A stretch of DNA of 64,000 bases. Origin: Amphiscolops sp. MND2022. Taxonomy: Eukaryota. The DNA is taken from positions 16,244,001 through 16,308,000 of the forward strand of contig OZ076414.1 of assembly GCA_964187785.1 (NCBI GenBank). The letters run 5' to 3'. The number at the start of each line of letters is the position of its first letter. Position 1 is the stretch's first letter. Positions 57,901 to 64,000 of the stretch are shown in pieces. Both the position numbers and the translations under genes were made by a program. Below the pieces are notes generated by a model. The model did not search any database. It was not told the DNA's origin and was given only the letters and a program-made list of their open reading frames with translations.

Positions 57901-60089
57901 AGAGCTGCGCCATTCAGGACCCGACGGACTTTATTGGGTTTGTTAGGATTTAAAACAGGATGGTGTGGTAAGTACCACTCTCGGGGTGTACTCGACGCTA
58001 GTTCTTCGGAACTCACAACTCTGATATAACCCTTGTCCAGGTCATCAGTGATTGTTTTTGCGTATCTCTCATTCAAGCTGGGATCGTTTTTCAAGCGTTT
58101 TTCGAGTGATTTCAACTGTGCGAGAGAAGCGTAGTAATTATTGGGCAACGTGCTATGACTGTCTGCCCAAAGCATTCCCACATGGTACCTGACACCATCA
58201 CAGAATGTGGTCGATTCTAAGATATCCATAGCACGGGCATCGGCTTGCGATTTGCTGTCCACTGTCTTGTATGTTCCGTATGACTCAAGGTCATACCAAG
58301 ACTTGACAACTTGTGCAAGTTCATCGTTCTGTTCGGAAGTGGCGGTGAAACATGTAGACGGGCACGCGACAGTAGATGGAACTGGTCCACTGAGGACCCA
58401 GCCTAGAGCGAGGCGGACCGCAAGAGGAGTATCTTTAGTTCTTCGTACTGTGAAATACTCAAGTGGTCTGATCGCTTCGTAAGCATCCTGACCGAGAATG
58501 AGTTTCACGTCTGAGTAGTGAATTTTTTCTCCAGGCACAGGTTCAAGATGTGGATATTTGTCCTTGAGAGCTTTCAGATCAAGAGTTTCATTGCCGATGT
58601 CAATTTCATTTTTGACGTAAGGGCTTATGGAAAAAGATTCATGCGAAGAAGGTTCAATTGATCGTACTGTCAAGTCAACTTTCTCAGTCTCCACTGCTTT
58701 CGTTGAATTAATTCCGTTCACCGTGAGCTTCATTCGTGGACCGGTAACGTTCAATTTTGAAGCAGCGTCCTTCGCAATCCAAGAATGACTGCACGCAGAG
58801 TCACACAATGCGAATGTTCTTAAGGACCGCTCAATGACTTCCAGATAAACTTCAACTATCTGGAGGAGTCCTTTGACCGATGGACATGTTGAACACATGG
58901 TAGTACTTGCTGAGTTCTGATCTGAAGACTCATTAGTTACGAAGCCTTTCGATGTACCTTGAGTTTCAGGTTTGGCTACGTCTGAGGTTCCGATTGTACT
59001 GCGCGGCGAAAAAATGCGTTCAGCTCCGTGGAGCAACACGTTATGTGTGCTCTTGCAATTTTCTTTCGGACACTTGCGGGGACTCGGGCATTGTCGGAAG
59101 TTATGATTTTTTCTAAGGCAAGAGAAACACAACTTCGATTCGGCGCAAAACTTGGCACGCTGCGTTGGTGTTTTTTCTTTGAACACAGGGCACTTGAACA
59201 AAGGATAGTTGCCATTACATAGAACGCAAGGATCTGATTCCCGGTTTTGTGCGGTTGACGAAAAAGTCTTTGTTGTTTTCGGTTTGATGCTGGTGGCCAC
59301 ACTCGAATCTAGTTTGCTTTTCGACGTACTCAACATCCGATCATGCGCTTCCGCTTTCTCTTGTATCCAGGAGTTGAAATCCAAAAGCGTTGGTCGCAAG
59401 AGGTTTCTTTTCACGGTTTGGAACGACCAAGACTCTTTAAGATTCGGCGGCAATTTACTTACTGCTTGATTCAACAAAGAGGAACTGTTGAGGTCGGCGT
59501 TGTATCCCAAAGATTGGAAGACAGCTACGAGACTCGCTACTAGGCTAGCGTACTGTATCACATTTTCCGAACTGTGCATCTTCACGGGAGGATAAGCACT
59601 CAACTTGTCAAGATGAGCGCTGACGACGGTTTGCGGTTGACCGAACTTTCTCTCAAGAGCTCTCAATGCATCCTTATACATTGCTCCGCAATAGGCAAAA
59701 CCTTCAATCGCATTTTTCGCTTTGCCGGAGACCAATGTTTTCAAGTATGTCATTTTTACATCGTCAGAAAGTGGCGACGCATCAACTGCACTCCTAAACT
59801 GTCCGAACCATTCATTCCAGTCAAGCGGGTTTCCATCGAAGTTCGAAAGTTTCCACTCGGGTAGTGGGTCCTTACACGAGACGGTCAAGAGATTAGCTAA
59901 CTCTTTGGTGGTTAGGTTTCCAATAGGTTGGGCTGAATATGATGGAACAGTTTGGACGGGTTGAGTGAGTATCCAAGTCGGTCCACTTCCCGTTAAAGCC
60001 GAAGGTTGTGCTGCGATAGGATGATGAAGTGAGTTTTGATACAGCGGAGCTATGAAATTTTGGCTGGTAGGAAACGCAGTATTTGGCAA
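54987..60089 (-). CDS. BEL/Pao Gag-Pol polyprotein
   Basis: 1700-aa frame: Gag (FDGNPLDWNEW), three Cys/His knuckles, protease LCDSAC, RT YMDD, RNase H (FGDSS, PKLELQAA), integrase H2C2 with GVDYFGP, SDNGTNF and WERL. Confidence 0.95.
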   Translation of the reverse strand: MPNTAFPTSQNFIAPLYQNSLHHPIAAQPSALTGSGPTWILTQPVQTVPSYSAQPIGNLTTKELANLLTVSCKDPLPEWKLSNFDGNPLDWNEWFGQFRSAVDASPLSDDVKMTYLKTLVSGKAKNAIEGFAYCGAMYKDALRALERKFGQPQTVVSAHLDKLSAYPPVKMHSSENVIQYASLVASLVAVFQSLGYNADLNSSSLLNQAVSKLPPNLKESWSFQTVKRNLLRPTLLDFNSWIQEKAEAHDRMLSTSKSKLDSSVATSIKPKTTKTFSSTAQNRESDPCVLCNGNYPLFKCPVFKEKTPTQRAKFCAESKLCFSCLRKNHNFRQCPSPRKCPKENCKSTHNVLLHGAERIFSPRSTIGTSDVAKPETQGTSKGFVTNESSDQNSASTTMCSTCPSVKGLLQIVEVYLEVIERSLRTFALCDSACSHSWIAKDAASKLNVTGPRMKLTVNGINSTKAVETEKVDLTVRSIEPSSHESFSISPYVKNEIDIGNETLDLKALKDKYPHLEPVPGEKIHYSDVKLILGQDAYEAIRPLEYFTVRRTKDTPLAVRLALGWVLSGPVPSTVACPSTCFTATSEQNDELAQVVKSWYDLESYGTYKTVDSKSQADARAMDILESTTFCDGVRYHVGMLWADSHSTLPNNYYASLAQLKSLEKRLKNDPSLNERYAKTITDDLDKGYIRVVSSEELASSTPREWYLPHHPVLNPNKPNKVRRVLNGAALFRGHSLNKALLTGPDLLQNLLKSIIRFRENVIAVCADIEGMFLQVGVLPDDQPSLRFLWREDPTSDVVVYQYMRHIFGSKDSPTCANYALQRTGHDNYKFPKAAQAVLTKFYMDDYLDSFSTAEEAIEVSQELVKLLQKGGFKLTKFGSNNKIVLEAISRDSEVDEGTETHILGLKWNPADDILTVSRFLNPNPQPCLTQRVVLKCVASVFDPIGIVAPFTIQARLWLKEIWKLHGLQWDTEIPGNIANQFIRWSQSLPLLGELKLPRSYFTCNVDALELHVFGDSSQDAFAAIAYLRAKVRTADGSTSFKLAFVFGKARVAPMKALSIPKLELQAALLAARIKVLVVDALTIQVQRVYMWTDSTTVLHWLQSTSKQPVFVANRIAEILDLTTIDQWNHVSTNNNPADIATRRIEIHNLQESSWLKGPTFLLTEELPLSDLQSLTLNTTVLSTAENEVSLVSNFAGNFTFLDWKKFSSFTKYLRIVAYMLRFCKASTPSDKEHPLIVTAPEREQAMIKLWLLSQKESFPKEMQTLGEGKSMLKNSIIVNHSPFLGPRGLIRSTGRIKHLTVIDFDTKHPIILDSRHPVVLKFLIETHENNHHQGVEYVRALVQRKYAILKLRSTLRSIQRNCVTCRKFRAKPPTPIMSDLPKERLGYKLKPFTFTGVDYFGPLYVTVRRSTQKRWGFLFTCLTTRATHIEIAHSLDADSCIMGVERFMARRGKPKVIWSDNGTNFVGAEKELLGHLKSVDQHRIKSKMSQNGIFWKFNPPATPHQGGAWERLVQSSKRLFYKILGNRRLTDEVLSTVFCLVEQFLNARPLVPASSDVTDLEALTPNHFLLGEVTSLPSFESSKGLDRHDHRRRYKQAIAYADLIWQRWLLEYIPTLNTRRKWNSPSRELNTGDLVWISDTTSPRNYFPLARIQTLHFGKDSVARSATLKTKSGMLTRPIVRLIPVFDTTTLGVEDVTDHK

Positions 60090-60140
60090 AGAATTTGACG
60101 AAGGAATAGCATTTAAACTCTCCGGAGGAAACTGCCACTG

Positions 60141-61322
60141 TCACGGGTTCAATCCATATGCGATAGATGGAACTGGTTGAGCGTTGTATGGTTTCGGATG
60201 GCAGTTCGGTTGTTGAGAGTGGCTACAAGTTACAGAAGGAATTGGTTGAGATGCGATGCCAGGAGTCATTACGCTGTGAAGTCGACCCGGCAACGATATA
60301 ACATTCGTAGTCTGCGATTGCAATGGTCTGAGTTGAGCAGAGTTGGGGTTGAGTTGAACTTGGGTGGGTTGAAAGGTTTGATTAGTTTGAGAAACCGGTG
60401 GTTGCTGTTCAACTACAGTCCGATCAGTGACGGTTAAGATCTCATTCGGAATGGTTACATTGACTGTGTTGGTCGAAGTTTCCAAAGCCTTATTGTTAGC
60501 TTCAGATAACGCAGGAGGAAAGGCTGATTGAATCTCAAATACTGATGGATTATTACTAAGTCGTGGCTCAAAACTACTGGTGCCGACCCAGTTTTCAGTT
60601 CGTTTATTCGATTGATCGCGACCAACACTCGGAAGTAAAAGTTCATCTTCCTCGGCATCCCATTCGCCTGAGTCCTCAACAGCAGCTTCTTCGATAACGG
60701 CTTGGGCCAGACGTTGTCTATTTTTCTCTGCCTGTTCTTCGAGAGCTAGCTTGTTCTTTGCCATTTGCTCTTCGAGTGCTAATCTTTTGAAAGCTTCCTG
60801 AGCTTGTAACTTCTGTTGGGCTATGCGATACTCGGCTTCGTTCTGCTTTTCGATTTCTTCTCTTCTCATTCGAGCAAGTTTGCGCTCCTTTCGCTGACTC
60901 GATGTACCGGAGCCTTTGGATGAAATCGTTTTGCGGGGTTGCTCACTTTTCTTCGACGTGTCCGACATAACACTAGCAGCCTTCGAGTTTCTACTTTCAC
61001 TCAAAGAGTCAATGTAATCTCGTCCCGTAGTTATGAATGATTCATGATGGCTAATGAAATCTTTCAACCAAATTTCTAAACTCTGCAAAATTTCATCTTT
61101 ATTGGTAGCTCGAGTAGCAATTGTTTTCAATTCCTCGTTCTTCTCGACAGCAGAAGAATAAACTTCTTTGCAGCTATTGATCAAAGTTTCAACTCTAGCC
61201 CTTCTATCTTTCCGGTCGATTGCTTCAATAATCAGTGAATGTTGAGCTTTGAGTTCCGTTTCTAATTTAGTTCGAGCGGCAAAAAGCTTTTGAATTTTTT
61301 GTTCCATCATTGGGTTATTCAA
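60141..61322 (-). CDS. BEL N-terminal coiled-coil ORF, in frame with Gag-Pol but ending in one TGA
   Basis: 393 aa, Glu/Lys/Gln-rich; after TGA (60141-60143) the same frame continues QWQFPPESLNAIPSSNS into the ORF at 60089. Confidence 0.8.
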   Translation of the reverse strand: MNNPMMEQKIQKLFAARTKLETELKAQHSLIIEAIDRKDRRARVETLINSCKEVYSSAVEKNEELKTIATRATNKDEILQSLEIWLKDFISHHESFITTGRDYIDSLSESRNSKAASVMSDTSKKSEQPRKTISSKGSGTSSQRKERKLARMRREEIEKQNEAEYRIAQQKLQAQEAFKRLALEEQMAKNKLALEEQAEKNRQRLAQAVIEEAAVEDSGEWDAEEDELLLPSVGRDQSNKRTENWVGTSSFEPRLSNNPSVFEIQSAFPPALSEANNKALETSTNTVNVTIPNEILTVTDRTVVEQQPPVSQTNQTFQPTQVQLNPNSAQLRPLQSQTTNVISLPGRLHSVMTPGIASQPIPSVTCSHSQQPNCHPKPYNAQPVPSIAYGLNP

Positions 61323-61572
61323 ACAAGTACTAGCAGCGGGAAACTTTCTCTAGGGAGAACAGACACTCAAGCCTCGAAGTAGCTAAACTTCTAGGAGACT
61401 CTTGAACTGACTCCGCTAAAGTTAGAAAACAGGATGATTGTATTTATTGCAGAAAAGTGCAATCGGTGTTGGTACGATACGGCTTGGAAGTACTGACCTT
61501 CGTGCCTCGAAGTAGTGAAACTTCTTGAGTCACTCGAGAAAGAACTTCCTAGCAGCAGGAATCTACGAGCAA

Positions 61573-62163
61573 CTAAACTTTTTCGCGAGCGCTCCTCCTT
61601 CTCTTTTGCGAGGGGCGTCGTGTGTTAGACCGATTTTTCAGGAGGCCTTTTAAGTTATCTTGATGTCTCAAGACAGTCAAGAGGAGTTTCAATTCAAGCT
61701 GATGACTAGGATGTAGTCGAGTCAACTGTTTTCGAAAAAGAGGGTTTTTTCGTTTTCGGGGGGAGAGCAAGTACTTTTCAACGTCAATGACTAAGATTTT
61801 TGACCGAAAAAGGGTCTTCAAAACGTTTGGGAGTCCACCTCTTCTAGTGTAAACAATGGCGCTAATTTTGTCCTTATACCGCGCGAGTATATGTAACAAG
61901 TCTTCTATGGGACAGGCTTTGTTGCCGTTACTTCTATGAGGAGAGAGGGTGTTGTTAATAAGGTCGTGCCAAAGTACAAGGTCACCTTTGGTACTCAAAG
62001 AACCTCCTTTCAACAAATTTTGCAACTTTTTTGCAGGAGTTGCAAGAGGATTAAGGCTCAAGCCAGAAGCAGCGAAAGTTTTGGAGCGAAGTTGCTTCTG
62101 AAGTCGGTAGGGGGCAGCGTGTAGGGCGTTTCAAAGTGAACTAGCACCAACTGCATAAACCAT
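61573..62163 (-). pseudogene. BEL upstream ORF0, SGNH/GDSL-hydrolase-like, one in-frame TGA at codon 11
   Basis: ATG at 62163: MVYAVGASSL*NAL...AASGLSL...DLVLWHDLINN...AIVYTRR...RLHP; block spacing resembles SGNH blocks I, II, III and V. Confidence 0.55.
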
Positions 62164-62458
62164 GAGGTCAAAAACGTGTTAAGGGACAGGGATAGGTCGA
62201 AGGGACAAAGATGTTTGAAAAAAAAGAGTTTTGAGTTTTAAGTTTAAGTTTTTGTTTTTTGTTACGTCACCACAATGATGTCTTCTGAGATCTCGACAGG
62301 GGTGTTGCCTTCGGAGTTGCACCACTGGGATGTCGGCGGGAATGTTGAGTCAAATCGTCTCGTCCACACAATTGTAAGACTGCGAAGAACTGGAAATCAA
62401 GTCGTCTGGAGTACACCGTATGGCTTCGGTTCGGATAGCCACATCAACGTCAGGTTGA

Positions 62459-62476
62459 ATCCGGGTCGGCGGACCA
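62459..62476 (-). promoter_or_regulatory. BEL primer-binding site (tRNA-Tyr-like)
   Basis: Minus strand TGGTCCGCCGACCCGGAT resembles the tRNA-Tyr PBS common in BEL elements (TGGTCCTTCGAGCCGGAT); the plus strand reads like a tRNA 3' end ending in CCA. Confidence 0.7.
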
Positions 62477-62482
62477 AATAAT

Positions 62483-62932
62483 TGTGCGGTCCCAGAAGCT
62501 TGTTCCCAGGGAAAACAGCAATGTTAAAAGGAAGAGTGTATTTGACTCGTAATCGGGTAGATTATTGTAGTCTCAATGTTCGGAAATGTAAACGATATTC
62601 GACAAAACCAGAATGAATAAACAACGATACAATACTACACACAAAAAGGCACCGCGGCAAAAATGGTATACAAAAGTTACATGACAATATAGTTGTTTAC
62701 AAATATTGAACGTAATGGAAAGATATTAATTAGATAATATTAAAAAGGATGAAGGTCAAACGTCTGGGTCGGGAAAGGTCACGGAAGGTCATTGCTTAAA
62801 TTAGAGTTTGCGACGAAAAGGTTTTGGCATCTTGAGGGGTTCGAACCTATACCCCTGCTCTCCGAGCCCGGTACGGAACCGCTAGACCATCGTTGCTTCG
62901 GAACTATTCGTTGTTACTTATGGTCAGTAACA
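62483..62932 (-). repeat. BEL 5' LTR (inner boundary 62483 or 62522, uncertain)
   Basis: Shares 62547-62932 with the 3' LTR; TG dinucleotides at 62483 (near the PBS) and 62522 (TGTTA inverted repeat). Confidence 0.8.
62825..62896 (-). ncRNA. tRNA-like Pol III cassette in the BEL 5' LTR (putative)
   Basis: Identical to 54898-54969. Confidence 0.5.
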
Positions 62933-64000
62933 TGGACTATAAATCAGTTTTTAACAGTTTTCTGTTGATGATTGACAGTTTGTTAACAGCATTGAATAAT
63001 TTTTTCAACAAAGGTTTTCTGCTCAACTGGAGAATGTTGCGCACGTGTAATCTAGGCTCACAGCTTGCGTTGGCTCGTTTTTTTCCGCAATGCCTTATAG
63101 CATCATCTCTGGGCACTTCTGAAGTCGACGAATTCAATTTTGACCTTTCACAACTGATTGATTGTTTTCGATATACTAATCATATCATTTCATTTAAAAC
63201 TAGCTTGTTTTAGACATTGGTTCTTTACCTAAAGTTTGAATAAATTTTCATTTTTTTTCGTTTGACATCGGAATTTGACCTTTGAGCTCTTTCGTTTTTT
63301 TTAAAAAAAAACTGCTACCTTACAATGGAACTGCCTAATTTTCATCATTTTTTAATAGCTCAAATCCTTGTAAACATCGAGGCATTGTTCCAATTTGCTG
63401 CAAAAACGTCGAAATCTTTGCAGAATCAAGGTCAGAGTGATCAGTGTGAAAAATGCCGCTTCGATAAATGGCGCCGCTTCTTCAATTGAATCTTTTCAAA
63501 AACCATAACGGAGAGCGAAACAGTTAATTTATCCATCATCTTTGAAGTGTACATTTTGATGGCTTTTCGCTTTGGATATCAGTTTCCTTTCTTGATGAAC
63601 AAACTATCAAATCAGGCCGCCGAGCTAGGGTGTCTTCGTTTTCCGTTCTGCACGAATTGCCTGCTGTGCAAAATTGACCACTTGAAATAATTTTTAAATT
63701 TTTGTTGGCTGCATTCTTTCTATATCACAGCGACATACTCGGTAATATTTAAAAATTTTTTCCTCGGGTATTATTTGGTATATTCTATTTTTAATATTTT
63801 CGAATTCTCGAAAGTATGAAAAATAATACACTTTGGTGCACAATGGAACCGCTCACGTCGAGTAATTTCTTCTTTTGAATAACATTTGGCGCGGCATTCC
63901 TGACTGCTAAAAAGCTGCGTTTTTCATTACTAGGTGATACAACAGCGTAATAAATGTTCCTGGCTCCTATTTGTGACAAATGTTTCTAACAACTCTTACT

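Larger units (their letters stand above)
54620..62932 (-). mobile_element. BEL/Pao LTR retrotransposon, very young
   Basis: LTR segments 54620-55005 and 62547-62932 look identical by eye; minus strand starts TGTTAC; PPT GGGGGTGGAGGA; pol runs into the 3' LTR (LGVEDV), as is typical of BEL. Confidence 0.95.

Noticed and set aside
62893-63213. Next Rb pocket-B exon (expected ...DLIxFYN...)
   Set aside because: Only weak similarity (LNNFFNKGF); the obvious acceptor at 62957 is phase 2 whereas phase 1 is needed; the ORF starts inside the LTR.

Overview
This is AT-rich animal genomic DNA, not prokaryotic. The backbone is a plus-strand retinoblastoma-family gene (RBL1/RBL2, p107/p130-like) that the ORF track misses. 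I reconstructed 15 phase-consistent coding exons (4729-53063, 2539 nt, about 846 codons) covering the RB N-terminal domain, pocket A, spacer and most of pocket B; the gene probably continues past the window. Its introns hold most of the remaining sequence. (1) An ~8.3 kb array of a ~310-bp satellite sits in a GC-AG intron. (2) A 15.2-kb Ty3/Gypsy LTR element (22966-38178, minus strand, ~1.9-kb LTRs, GCGAC target-site duplication) carries an antisense, intron-containing accessory gene that looks like a catalytically degenerate hAT transposase, plus a divergent sense ORF. (3) A 5'-truncated RTE LINE. (4) A very young BEL/Pao element (54620-62932) has an upstream SGNH-hydrolase-like ORF0 and a tRNA-like Pol III cassette in both LTRs. 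(5) Several hAT-type MITEs and a Helentron/DINE-1-like non-autonomous family. A rearranged Gypsy remnant occupies 1-4200. All protein-family assignments come from motifs compared with remembered sequences; no database searches were run.
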